Below, piece by piece: positions 22,424-35,608 of a DNA stretch of 64,000 nt. The notes beneath the pieces are model-generated. The model was not told the origin of the DNA. It did not search any database and saw only the letters and a program-made list of their open reading frames with translations. The position numbers and the translations under genes are program-made. Position 1 is the stretch's first letter. Every line of letters begins with the position of its first letter. The stretch comes from Pecten maximus (Eukaryota): positions 17,794,001-17,858,000 of the forward strand of contig NC_047022.1 of the NCBI RefSeq assembly GCF_902652985.1, given 5' to 3'.

Positions 22424-24819
22424 CTATAGTGTGTAACAGCGTGTTGGGTCTTCACAGGTAGCTTGATGTACTGTTTACAAGAAACCCGCTTATACAATAT
22501 CTTTCGGCTTTACAGCAATCATTAGCATTACAAATATGTAAATTGCCTTTTCTTGTCATATATTTGCCCATCAGCATTGCATTATCGGTATCAGAAATCT
22601 TTTAAAAGTATTCATTGTGTTTTTGATGTTTTCATTTTAAGAACTAAGGAGGGGTATTTGATGTATACATACTTAAAGATAGGATACTTACAATATCTAC
22701 CTTTGTAGCCAATACAAATTCCTTCCAATGAAACTAAATCACATATCGCCAGAATGAAAATATACAGTATGCATTGCATAAAGAGCATAATTGTCGATGA
22801 TAACACACTGCATGTTTCTCTGACTCGGCTATCGTTGCATTTACTTCGTATACAACAAATATTGACAAGAAACACACACCGCCAGAATAACAATATATAT
22901 GAACTGTCCTTGAAAAGACTCCTATCGTCTTTGAAAAAACCTATTGAAACATAATTTGTATATCTGTCCTCCATTTAATGTACTTTCCAACCAATCCATC
23001 TAAAAAGACAACTCTCGTACAAGTGTACAAGTAGGGGATTTATCCATAGCAACGTATTGCAAATCCAGCTTCATAGAACTCGTATCTACAATTTTACAAA
23101 CATACGATGTTATTTGTAAACCGTCTCACCCAAAGGCCACTTAAAGCATTTTAATTTATGCGCGATTTGCACCTGTCGATCTACTGCTGATCAGCAAACT
23201 GAGAACTCACAGTGATTGAGGGTTTTTCGGCTGTGACGTCAAGAGTTCAATCAACGGCAGCCAGTATGGTAGTGTGATGGTTGTATGTGGTCAAGTTTTT
23301 AATTGAACACGGATTTTAAGGAATTTGGTTAGGGTGAGGATGATTGGAATGAAAGTCATATAAAGTAATACAGAAGATAGGTGTGCTCGATTTGCGTGTC
23401 AGTTACGATCCGCCTTATACTGGTTTCGGTTTATTTTTTGAATAAGTCTTATAGCAACAACAAATGGTTACATGTTATAGTTTTTTTCTGATGCACAGTT
23501 ATCCAGTTATTGTGTGTTTGTTTTGAGTACCGTTCTTTATCGTGGCAATCTTAGTTGCATGCCAGCCACGTTTAATCTGATAATGAGTGTCAAATTGAAT
23601 GTGAACATGATACAATTAAAGACTAATCATCTAATGAATACTCCCGTATTATCAATGCAGAAAATACAGTAATCATAATATTTGAGAGTTTATATAACCA
23701 CGAACCAGGAACATTCATCTATGTACCCTATCACGTATTTTTGGTCGTGGTAATTCCTCGAGTAAGAGAAGTTTCCTGATAAATATCACATTTTGTACTT
23801 CACGTACTTTAATATCAAATAAATGTGTTTGATAGAATGTAAGTCGTTGTTCGATTTTACCACATCAAAGGTATGCTGATACATTGGGGCCGCAGGGTGA
23901 ACGAGCTTTACAGGAGGTTGGATTTGGAGAAGTCGTAAAGACTTACTTTTAAGGTATGAACTGCCCTCATTAAGTATTTGGAACACAATAGGAACATTTC
24001 ATCTGTATTCAACTATTACATGAACTTTATGAAATATTTTGAAACATTGACAATTTTAATGGTAGCGCGTGTACGTTGAACTACTTTCCAAGCAAGAAAT
24101 TTCTAAAACCTTAGACTGCTTCTACTAACGAATGTTTAACTACTTTTAAGCCAAAAATAAACATCCCGGTTAATTTTGCTTTTTTGCTTATGTTTGGTAT
24201 TAAATACGTCACTGAGTTGGTTATTTTTGTTTAATTTTTGAGTCAGGCTCTTACCTTTTACAACTTCTGTTAAATTATGAAGTAGAATATGACCTTTACA
24301 TAATGCATGTGTCCTCATACATGTAGCAGTGCCTTACTCTCGTATGTTTCATAGATTCATTTACTGAATATACTTCTTGCTCGAAATTGAACTACACCTT
24401 GCATTTGACATAATTTAACAAATATTATACAATGCAAAGGAGCAAATGTTTTTAAAAATTAATTGATTAAAGTCAAATATTTTTACATGAATCCCCACAA
24501 TTACACTTGCAATGTCCAACGGGTTTTTTTCTCTAAAACATCATAACTTAGAAAAGCTTTCTTTCTCCAAGGAAAGATGATGCGTCTTTTCGTAAATAGA
24601 CAATTGAGAAATAGCTGTCTTAAGTGTTGATTCGGGTATAGTTAGGATTTTTAATCACAGTCTAACCCAATCCTTGGGAGAAAAATTCATCGTAGGAAGG
24701 ATGGATTTATACTGGAAACCTTCTGATTTTGGAACGATGAAATCGTCTGTATTTCTAAGAAAGTAAGGATTATTTGAAGCAACGTTCGGGGGTAAAATAT
24801 CACATAACTCAACTCTTTG

Positions 24820-25165
24820 TTTATTGGCTACAGGAGTAGATTGTGTAAGTATCTTAATTTTTAAGTTTGTACACATCAATACACTCTCCTCAGTTCTTAA
24901 AATAAAAACGTGAAAAAATGCACATTTTTAAAAGCTTTTTGATAAAGATAACGTAATAGGTCGTCAAGAATGACTTTGACCAATGCAGATTTTCCTTGTC
25001 GTGGAGACACGTTTCCCACAAACACTTACATACTAGAGCAAATTTATGACAAAAACAGAAACAACAATGTTCAGATCTCTAATATCTCCGACTTTGTAAT
25101 ACTAATGATCGGTGTAAAAACGAAACAATATTAAAAAGGTGGGCTTCTTGTAAAGAATGAAGTGT
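24820..25165 (+). promoter_or_regulatory. Orphan diverged copy of the FucT upstream/promoter region (partner gene lost)
   Basis: Collinear similarity to 51085-51375, for example TATTGGCTAC...GTAAGTATC...AGTTCTTAAAAT...AAAAGCTTT...ACTTTGTAAT. Confidence 0.6.
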
Positions 25166-27288
25166 AGTAAGGGGCGATAACTCTGTTATTGTTCCTTACG
25201 GAACGTAATGATAGTGTGAGCTTATTTGCGATATTTGCCGTCTATTGTAGCGATTTTGGGGGAGAACAAAATGCACATACAATTTGGCCGATGTTTTGCA
25301 ACATTGTAAAAGTCGGTGCGATCTAGGTCTGGGTGTATCTATGAGCTATTTTGTGTCAAACATGCCAAAATCGTCATTTTGACCAAGAGGTTCTGTTTAA
25401 ATCGCCCTCAAAAGTAAAAAAAAATCGAGAAACATATATAATGCAAATATAAATAGATGAATGTTTCCTGAAGAAAATGTTCTGGTTAGTTTTTTCGATA
25501 TCTTTAACATAACGGTCACAAGATTGTTTTGAAAATGGCCTATTTTGTTTACAGACTGTTTTGATGACGTAAGACGCATTTCCTTCCGTTTAGCACGGTT
25601 GAACAGATGGACCGGATCGGCATACATAGTTATCAGCATTAAAATCATGATGGATCAACTAGTTTTATATTTGTTTTGGGCGAGTCATCTTGGTGATGTC
25701 TTTCAAAGCCTGCATTAACATCAACAGGTCAGTTAAAATTGATGTTTTAAGTTTATACGTAATAGAAATTATTAACACAAGTGGTTTGGTCGGCTTGTCT
25801 ATAAAGGAAAACTATAGTTAAAGTCATCCTGAACACATCGGGTATTGTCACTGAAATGATTCCCCTAGGAGTTCCGGATGGAATAACACCGGGGACTTTA
25901 CGCCGCTTACTCGTTCAATTCAAGGCTTTAGCTGTATTCTAAGTGAGTTGTATTACATTTTCCCGTCATGACCAGGACTAGGAGAGTATAGCTTTTCTAC
26001 CATGACCACATTTGTGGTTGACAGGACCAGCGTTCAATTCGATAACAAGCTTAGAGTAGGCCTTTTGTTAATGTTATACGTGTTCATTAACGTTTTAGAG
26101 ACAGACGCCGTTTCAACATGTAATATTTATTTTCTTTATTGTTTGTTTGTTTAATGACATTACTGTTTCGTTAGGCTAGTTGATGCATGTTTATGTTTTG
26201 ATATCTTGATCAGCTGATATTTGTTTATGTCGAGGAGCAACGTTTCGAAAATCATATCAACTACATATTAGCTTTCGATGACACGAATTTTCAAGTATGA
26301 AGTACTTGAAAATTCGTGTACACACTTGCAGGATATTGAATAATTTGTTTTCAATAATAGAAGTTTTTTTTCTCTCAAATTTTTAATGAAATATTTATAT
26401 TCAAATGCTTTAAATTTTGAAATAAAAGTCTCCGATCTGCCCTTTTTTCAGATTGTTCTTAGGACATTGTCAAATTATATCATCTTTTGCATTAAGAAAT
26501 AAATGAAGTAAAATTTCAAATATATTTGCCCCAAATACTATACAACATATGTAAACCTTTCATTTTATGCACCGAAGAAAATAATAGGCCAGAAAGCTTT
26601 TCTTAAAAATTTAGGCTAGAATATTGTCAATTATCATGTCACATTAAGTAAAATTCATTTACTTTGGGTGTAGAAAGATGTCATGTATTTTTTTTATCTT
26701 TTGAAATTAAATTAATTTCAACTTGTTACAAAAAAGCATAAGATGGAAAATTATTTGACAAAATCAAAGAGTTACACCAGGTTTAAGCTATCAATTAAAA
26801 TTTGTTCAAATATCTATAAGTTGCTTTATTATCAATTTCATATCAACATTTTAACCATTTGCTTACATGTGCCAAAGAAAACCAAGTGTGAGAAATCTGT
26901 TCTGGCAAATCTTTACTAAAATTATGTCAATTGTTATATCACATTAAGTTAATTAACTAATTTAGGGTGTGGAATCATCTTGTATTTTTATTTTATCTTT
27001 TGAATTTTAATCAGTTTATTACAAAATGTATTTACTTGCCAAAATTAAAGAATTACCAATATTTCATTATTACTATTTTACAAAGTCGTTTTTCTTCAAA
27101 ATATCATCTACACACAGTTAGCAATTATGAATTTTTAAAATATCTTTGCTTTAAATACTGTAACAAAGTTACTCTGACCAAAGGCCAGCCTAAATAAATT
27201 TGATCTGTGTGTATCAAATTTGGGCTATTAGGTCATCCCCTCTACAGAGCTAGAAGAGTTCAGGGGCTATTCACTCCAGACTGACCAC

Positions 27289-28038
27289 TGTCTGGATATA
27301 AATAGCGAGCTCTACGTCATAAACATGGGGGGGACAGAATAGCCACGTGCTGCTGAGGTAGTCTCCTCCTCATCCGGGACCCAAAACCCACGGGACCCAA
27401 TTTGATTGGTCAATTAGCAAATAGGTGTTAATGACGGTCATATAAAAGGAGGTGCGCGCCTCCTTAGCACTTGTTGAGATAAGGAGATTGATAAGAGGTG
27501 GACACACGGATTTTTAATATGATTGTGATACAGCTTTGATAAGGATTATTGAGGTACATACCCATCATTAGCAGTGATACATCACAGGAGATGACAAGCT
27601 GTGTTATCAGGCTGTTGGGTAAATACATCATTTTATTCTGTAACTTGCTCTAAGGATCACCAATTAATATAGATTGATCTTATATTATAATAAGTGCACT
27701 TATTGAGAATTTTTGATAACTTTGTATTTCATACAGCATGGTGTTCGTTATATAAGGGTATCACTAACCATGGTTAGTCACTAACAAACCCCCTTTATCA
27801 ATTAACTAAACTAACTGTGTGTAGTTGTTAACTCCTTATCTCATCCTCAGGCATGAAGGGGGGTGATTTTAAGCTGCAGTGTCAGTGGTCACAGGAGTGA
27901 CAGCAGTGATAATAAAATCACCACTTTGCCATGCCTGATTATTAGAACAACATACAGGAGACCATCTGAAAATTGATAACCCATAGAAAGAACATCAGCA
28001 GATTGGGATTCACTAATTTACTTAAATGTGGAGGGACA
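27289..28038 (+). mobile_element. Solo LTR of about 750 bp (possibly BEL/Pao)
   Basis: TGTC...GACA termini, flanks GACCAC/GACTAC, internal TATAAAAGG (about 27442) and AATAAA (about 27911). Confidence 0.65.
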
Positions 28039-28044
28039 GACTAC

Positions 28045-28829
28045 CGTGTATTGCTATTGTGCTATGGATGAGGGATTCATGTGCTTAATGTGCAGTGCTA
28101 TTGTGCTATATTCATGAAGGATTTATGTGCTTACTCTGCAGTGTTATTGTGTTACATTCACGAGGGATTTATGTGATTATTGTGCAGTGTTTTGTGTTAT
28201 ATTCATGAGGGACTTACGTGCTTACTGTGCAGTGCTATTGTGTTATATTCATGAGAGATTTATGTGCTTACTGTGCAGTGCTATTGTGTTATTGACGAGG
28301 GATTTATGTGATTACTTGGCATTGCTATTGTGTTATTGACGAAGGATTTATGTGATTTCTGTGCAAAGATATTCATGAGGGATTTATATGACTACTGTGC
28401 AGTGCTATTGTGTCATATTAATGAGGGATTTATGTGCTTACTTTGCAGTGTTATTGTGTTATTCACGAGGGATTTATGTGCTTACTGTGCAGTGTTATTG
28501 TGTTATTGACGAGTGATTAATGTGATTTCTGTACAGTTCTATTGTGTCATATTCATGAGGGAGTTATGTGACTACTTTGCAGTGATATTTTGTTATTGAT
28601 GAGGGATTTATGTGCTTACTGTGCAGTGTTTTGTGTTATGTTCATGAAGGATTTATGTGCAAACTGTGCAGTGCTATTGTGTCATATTCATGAGGGATTT
28701 CTGTGCTTACTGTGCAGTGCTATTGTGTTATATTCATGAGGGATTGATGTGCTAACTGTGCAGTGCTATTGTGTTATATTCATGAGGGATTTATGTGCTT
28801 ACTGTGCAGTGCTATTGTGTTATTGACGA
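28045..28829 (+). repeat. 44-46-bp minisatellite (CTGTGCAGTGCTATTGTGTTATATTCATGAGGGATTTATGTGCTTA)
   Basis: About 17 visible tandem units. Confidence 0.95.
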
Positions 28830-31549
28830 TCCCAAATAGAAAGAACTTGCAAGAACACTGAATTGGATAATGAAATATTATTTGAAAATATGTAGAGCTA
28901 CATCAAACTATCAGCATCGCCAACATGTAATCCCACATGAACATATATCACAAGAAAACAGGTCTGCACATGGGGTTAGTTGAGGTGCCTCCAAGGTCAA
29001 TAGCTTGACCACTCATTTGCAAAGGGTCATTAATCTCCATCGGCTCCAACACTCAAAGAAGCGTCTCCCCGAGATTGTTTTTGTCTGCCTGTTGACATGC
29101 ATTAGCTGTAGCGGTACTAATCCAATTGGTCATGACCACCACTGCTCTGGCCAGTCCAGTTTCATCAGCCAAACACTGTACAGACTCCCACATGACTGAA
29201 CTATGAGTCCCATCACTTTACCAAATGTCGTAATTTCACAGCAGGGAGGCATGCTCACTGCTTCACTTGTCACAACAGTGCACCTCTGTTCACTTGCATG
29301 CGTACATTTCGTGTCAATGGGCATGTTGTCCCGTAAATCTAGGCCTTGAATCTCCTGTAACTTAATATCTGCTACACACACCAAGTGAATAACGGCACAG
29401 CCCCCGAGTTCCATAGGTAGAACATATCGCCCGAAAATGTGGACGCGTCGCCTGTAGCCGTAATTAGTTGGGTATGCACCGATTCCAACTCTGGCCTCAT
29501 CATCTCTGATATCCTATCAAATACGTAAGGACTGGGCAACGTAATTGTTGCTCCGGTATCTACTAAGATATTAACACACACACTGTGTATATACACATCC
29601 ACAAAAAAATCCTTCCTCACATGACAACGCGGATATGGGCCTAGCAGCCACACCTAAACCCCGGCCCTCGGACTTAGTGTGTTCTCTTTTGCCTTGGAAT
29701 GTCTGTTTGTATTCCCATTGAAATTCCTGAGGTATTTTTGACTGTGACAAATTAAGTGTTTGATTTAATGTTTTTTGATAACTGTCGCAATTCACTTGAC
29801 AAATTAGACAACTCATCCTGGAACTTTGTAGTTCCGGCTGCCACTCATTCTTGTCCTATGAATCACTTCCTCGGACATGAGGTACATTCGCCTTTTCTCG
29901 ACCATTTTGCACTACCCTCATCCGTCTACCACACTGGCGATCTGCGAGTCTATGTGTCTCAAGTCGTACCGCCAAAGTTTCAGCTTCAGCTATGGTTTTA
30001 GGCTGAGCGTCTCGAATTTAAAACCGCATATCTTCATCTGGTAATGCATCAATAAAATGGTCCAATGCCAGAATCTCCGTAAGTGTTTAAACAGCTGAAG
30101 GATACGCTTGTCTTGTAAGCTTTTTAACCGCATGTGCAAGCTCCAGCAGGGACTCATCCCTTCCTTTAGTCCTGGTTTGTAACCTAGCCCTGAACATTTC
30201 AACCCTGTTCACAGACCCAAACCGACTATTTAACGCCTTACGAAGACTGTGGAAATCGCGTCTCTTGTCCCGTGCGAGCTCATTCAACACTGCCCTAGCT
30301 TGACCTTTGATACTACCTGCAAGATATAGTGACTTTGTAGCATAGTCCCACTTGTTTATCTCAGAAACAATTTCAAACTGGGTAAGATATTCCTCCCAAT
30401 CATAGTGACCATCATAATACTGAGCCTACTGAGATCTTTGGAGAATTGGGCCACGCTCCGGATATATTACATGTTTCATTCGGCCTCGGTGTTGTATTGG
30501 TGACAGTAGCATACACATCGTCTGTCGTCGGAGTAAACCTGACACTAGGTGAACCCAAGGTGGATCCATGTGTACCACGTAGAGAGTCCATACTATCTCT
30601 GGTACCCTCAGGGGTACTGAACAAAATATCACTCCCATGGAATCCCTCAGCACCGGCCGTCCTAGCACACACTGGTGATACATTATCAATGGGATTCCTT
30701 GACTGAAGGGAGAATGTGGGCGATTTTGGGGTAGACTCCCCGAGAGCACTAAAAACGCTTTCATTTCTCAGCTTCGTAACAGGGTCTCGGTAACCAGTGG
30801 AGCCCCCTTTCGTTCCTTTTGAACAGTCTCTGGGAACAGCTCTAAGGCTGTCGCCAAAGCCACGATTCTTTAATAGATGATCCATCCTTGTAAGTTCCTC
30901 ACAGACAGTCTGGACTTGTCCCGCATGACAGAATCCTGACTGCTAAAATATTGCCTCTGTTCCTCAAGCTCATTGCGAATCATCCTTTGGTTCGTTCCTA
31001 TATGATCAAAACACTTTGAAAACATGTACTCCATACGATGAGAAAGGTCACGTATTTCACCTGCTAAGGAGCTAAACTGATTTTGTGACGTAGGTGTATC
31101 ATTCAATTCGACTTTCGGAAACACTAGTTATGGTCCTTTTTCAGCTCAATCCTTTCCCTCCTCTTTTACTGTTTCATCAATAATATCCGAGTTATTCGAA
31201 GAGTCATCTTTACATGATCCAAACACAATGATATTGGAATCATCCATTTTGGTAGCCACTCACACTTCGATCACGATATAGACGAACTCACAAAAACAGT
31301 GTGCTTCAGTCAAAACTCACTGAATATAACACAATTACACGACTTTGTTCCACGAGAACACAATTCTGTTGTTTCCACGAAGGCAACACTTCCAGCACAA
31401 AAAGTAAACAATTTTATCGCAAAAACAATATTATCGAATCATGGTAATCGTACTGGAATCGCTACTATAGAACTCTATTATTCTAACATTATAACATCAG
31501 TATAACATCATCATTTTATCATTTTATATCACACCGCTGCCACCACTTG
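28830..31549 (-). mobile_element. Gypsy LTR retrotransposon 5' half (PBS, gag, protease), decayed and truncated before RT
   Basis: PBS TGGTGGCAGCGGT (31533-31545, tRNA-Leu type) lies 2 nt after an LTR end ...TCACA. Gag reads YDGHYDWEEYLTQFEIVSEINKW...KALNSRFG, and the protease reads LVDTGATITL. Confidence 0.9.
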
Positions 31550-31556
31550 TGACGAA

Positions 31557-31565
31557 TCCCCCCCC

Positions 31566-31607
<42 letters not shown>
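31557..31607. repeat. Poly-C followed by (CT)n microsatellite
   Basis: Directly visible in the sequence. Confidence 0.9.
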
Positions 31608-31610
<3 letters not shown>

Positions 31611-32991
31611 ATAACATACACACAGCCTCCAGTTGCTTGTCGTTTGCTTTTGTCGAAAGTCTAGACCTGTAGTCGTTAAGTGATGATCATTGAATGTTTA
31701 TAACTCTGTAATCAGAGTAGTAGTACCGCTGTCACCATATGAGCGTGACGATTGATAAGCTAAACTATACCTGCCTTGTTGAATGACTCTTGACCGGTCC
31801 CATGTATCCATGTATTGATAACTGAGACTGGTGCAATGAGCCAAGGCTTGATTTGACAGGCCGTCACTTAAGTTTATAAAAGACTTTACTGGTTTTATGG
31901 TTCAATGATAACGTGTTACGAGCCCTTAACGTAAACGATTCCAGTACCTTTATTAATGGGATTTATTTAATAATAAATAAATCTGTTTATCAGAGTACAA
32001 TATACTAGGCCTTTTGGTGTCTTGTTACCGGATTAAGAGTTGTCGCCCTTTTGTCAATTGTGTGCTTTTGAATTATCTCCCCTTAGCACTTGAAAATTCT
32101 AGACTGCCGGAACGCTGTTTGAGCAGTTGATTTATCACCAGATTATTGCATTTTTGCGTCGGTTTGCACCACGCTGCATAGGACAGGTTTGATATGGGTG
32201 TCATGAATTTCTGATATGGTTTCATTTTACGTTCTTGAATTTAAGTTAGTTGCTTAAAGTCAGTATTTTCGGATATATCTTGATCTTGTCAGCGTCTTTC
32301 GTACTCCCGCTCCCCACGTCTTAGCAGGAGCGGGGAAACCTATGTTATCAGTTATGGTCACCTTCATTTGATCCCATGCATTCATGAATTTAAGTAAAAA
32401 GAAATTCGAAAGTCGTAGCAAATTTGGTCTCTGTGAATATCTAACTTAATTCGAACTTTGTTAAGTAGGCAAGTTGTGAAATTCATTTTAGAATGGGGGG
32501 GGGGGGGGGGGGGGGGGTCATCTCGGTAACGATTTGACTGCTCGTAGTATTGCTTAACGCTACATTTTTGAATGGGCTTTATTTATCAAGCATTAGAGGT
32601 TCTGGTGCACTATTAAGTATTTTTTATTAGTTAATGCACAAATATTTATAATCTTTCATTCAGCAGTGTGCTCGTAAGGGCTGTCTGGATTGGAACGATG
32701 AACACCTCAATTTCACGGTGCCCGGGCCCGGGGGTCGTCTCGGCAACATTTCCATACAATACAGTCGTATAATAGGCGATTTGTTTTTAAATCTTCTAAG
32801 ATGTTTTGGTAGTTTTTATAATATTGAAGTTTATTTACATTCGATATAAGTAATTTGTGATATAATCTGTACTAATTATAAGTAATTCAGCAGATTGACC
32901 AAGTTATTGTTGCTGGTAACACTGGTTGAATTGCAATATTTATTTTTATATTTATCGTTAACAGTTTGGCTTTTATATGTTTCTATCAAGT

Positions 32992-34032
32992 ATGCCTAGA
33001 GGAAAAGGAGTACAGCCAAAGAGGCTAAGTCAGAGGGAAAAACGGAAGCGTCTCCCCTATGACCCCAGTGACCCTCACGATGCGGACCAAACGCAGCATG
33101 CAGTTAACACCCCTGTCCAGTCTGACCAGATACTGATGTCGAGAACTCAGTTGGAGCAAAATGATTGCTGACAAAATTGAGGAGAGAATGGACCGGAGCA
33201 CTCAGATTGCTACATTAATAACAACATCTAGTGAGGCTCCAAATAATGCAGGTAATGTCCCTCCTACCAACACACAGGAATTGGACACTTACCAGGTTGC
33301 CAGTGTGCATAACACATTGGGGGCAAATATTCCACTTAATATAAGGCAAAAAAAAAAAAAAATGGGGAAAATGTGGATTTAAAAACCATGCTGGTCACCC
33401 CAGGGAACATTAATGAACCATCTAAGAAAATTGGTTTGGTGGATGGGGAGATCAAAATTATTAATAGGGAGTTGGGTAAGACAATTACTGACATTCAGGC
33501 ATGGACAGATGCATTCTTAATTTTTATGGCAATATACTTTTTCGCTCATCAGGATGAAGCCCCAGCCATGCTCAAATATATAAGTACAGTAAGGTTAGGG
33601 GCAGGTAGAGGCAGTGGAAATAGTTGGCTGGAATATGACCAACAATTCCGTTTAAGAAAAGCAAGAGATCTTGCTGTTTCATGGGTTGTGGTTGATCAGG
33701 AACTCTGGCTCATCTACATGCACAAGGGTGCTAGTGTTAGTAATTCGCATAAACCTATGGGTGTTAGACAGGATCAAAATTTGAAATGTTATGATTACAA
33801 TTATCAGAGGGTATGTAACAGGGCAAATTGTTTTTACATTCATCGTTGTTTGAAGTGTTCAGGAAGGCATCCAAGTGTCAGTTGTTTTACAAAGGGCACA
33901 CAGAGTAATTCTGGTAATTTCCATTTTAGACCTGGTTCTGGGAGAGGAAACAATTTCGGTGCCCAATCATCCTCTTCTCAGCATCCTGCCCAATCATCGC
34001 GATTTAACAACAATCGCCCAGTCACCAATTAA
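32992..34032 (+). pseudogene. Ngaro gag-like ORF (two slippage frameshifts)
   Basis: WTDAFLIFMAIY, WLEYDQQFRLRKA and the Cys/His cluster CYDYNYQRVCNRANCFYIHRCLKCSGRHPSVSC. Confidence 0.85.
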
Positions 34033-35608
34033 TTTAAGTTTACTTGAGGAATTACTGAGGGGTACCCTGATCGTGCTGTGGCGAGCGAACTGCTTCAAGG
34101 GTTTAAATATGGTTTTCAGCTTCAGTATTCTGGTCCTAGGTTAGCTTCTGACTGTAATAATCTTGCCTCAATTTTTGATCATGAATATGAGGCTGCTACT
34201 AAGGTGCTAAAGGAGGTCAACCTTGGCCGAATTGCTGGTCCATTCCATCACAGGCCCCTGGATAATTTACGGACTTCCCCAATTGGTCTTGTTCCTAAAA
34301 AAGATGGGTCCTGGAGATTAATTCAGCATTTATCACACCCTCAGGGGTCTAGTGTCAATGACTTCATTGACTCTGATTTATGTAAAGTTGAATATGCTTC
34401 TTTTGACACTGCTGTGGAGATGATCAGTAAGCTTGGTCAGGGTGCTTTGTTAGCAAAGATATAAGATCAGCTTTCAGGCTGCTACCAGTCCACCAACAAG
34501 ATTTTTAATTACTTGGTTTTAAATTGATGGGGATTTTTTTTGTTGATCGTTGTCTTCCTATGGGATGTTCAATTTCATGTTCATTGTTTGAGAAATTTGC
34601 AACTTTTTTAGAATGGGCTGTTATAAAGAACTCCAGTATCCCTAGTATAGTTTATTATTTGGATGATTTTTTGTGTGCTGGGGAGCTTGAAAGTACTAAT
34701 TGTAGAACCCGTATGCATGCGCTACAACAGATTTGTATAGAACTGGGGGTGCCATTGGCAAATGAAAAAACTGAAGGGCCTGTGCAAATTCTTGTATTTT
34801 TGGGCTTGGAAATCAATACACAGGATATGTCAGTTAGAATTCCCCAAGGCAAACTTCTAGAACTCAAAGAAAAACTGTTGGCTTTGTACAATTGTAGGAA
34901 AGCAACAGTAAAAGAGATTCAAGCATTGTCCGGCCTTTTAAACTTTTGCTCTAGCGCCATACCCTGTGCCAAAGCTTTCAATATACGTTTTTATGATTCA
35001 ATTTCTGGCATGGTAAACCCACGTCATCATGTGCGTTTAACCTGTGATTTGAAGGAGGATATTCAAGTTTGGCTAGTTTTCCTAGAATTTTTCAATGGAG
35101 TAACATATATACCAGATTTGGAGTGGACATCAGATACACAACTTGAACTTTTTACTGATAGTGCTGGGGGTAGTCAGCTTGGAGGGGGTGCTTACTTCCA
35201 GGGACATTGGGTGTTCTTTCCCTGGCCTCCCGCTTGGATTGGTACTGTGGTGCTTCCTGACATCACTTTTCTTGAGTTGGTCCCTGTAGTTCTGGCTTTT
35301 CACATTTGGGGTAGCTTCATGTCTAAGCGCAAGATAATCCTCCACATAGACAACAGTGCATTAGTGGCTTGCATCAATAAAAAGTCCTCGAAGTCTAAGG
35401 GAGTAATGCATTTGCTTCGACCCTTTGTACTGGATATCATGATCAACAACATTCAGTGTAAGGCAACTCATTTGGCTGGAACTAAAAACCTTATTGCTGA
35501 TGCAATTTCTCGTCTTCAGTTGACAAGATTCTGACACCTGGCACCTTCAGCAGACCAGGAACCAGCCAAAATTCCAAGATCATTCCAGGCATTAATCTCA
35601 ACTCTGAA
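34010..35608 (+). pseudogene. Ngaro reverse transcriptase / RNase H
   Basis: SPIGLVPKKDGSWRLIQHLS, LPMGCSISC, YYLDDFL, FTDSAG, ITFLELVP, HIDNSA and NLIADAISR. Confidence 0.92.

Noticed and set aside
28045-28829. CRISPR-like appearance of the regular repeat arrays (also 38650-39385, 45300-46640 and 1581-2620)
   Set aside because: Units are contiguous with no unique spacers, there are no cas genes, and the context is eukaryotic.
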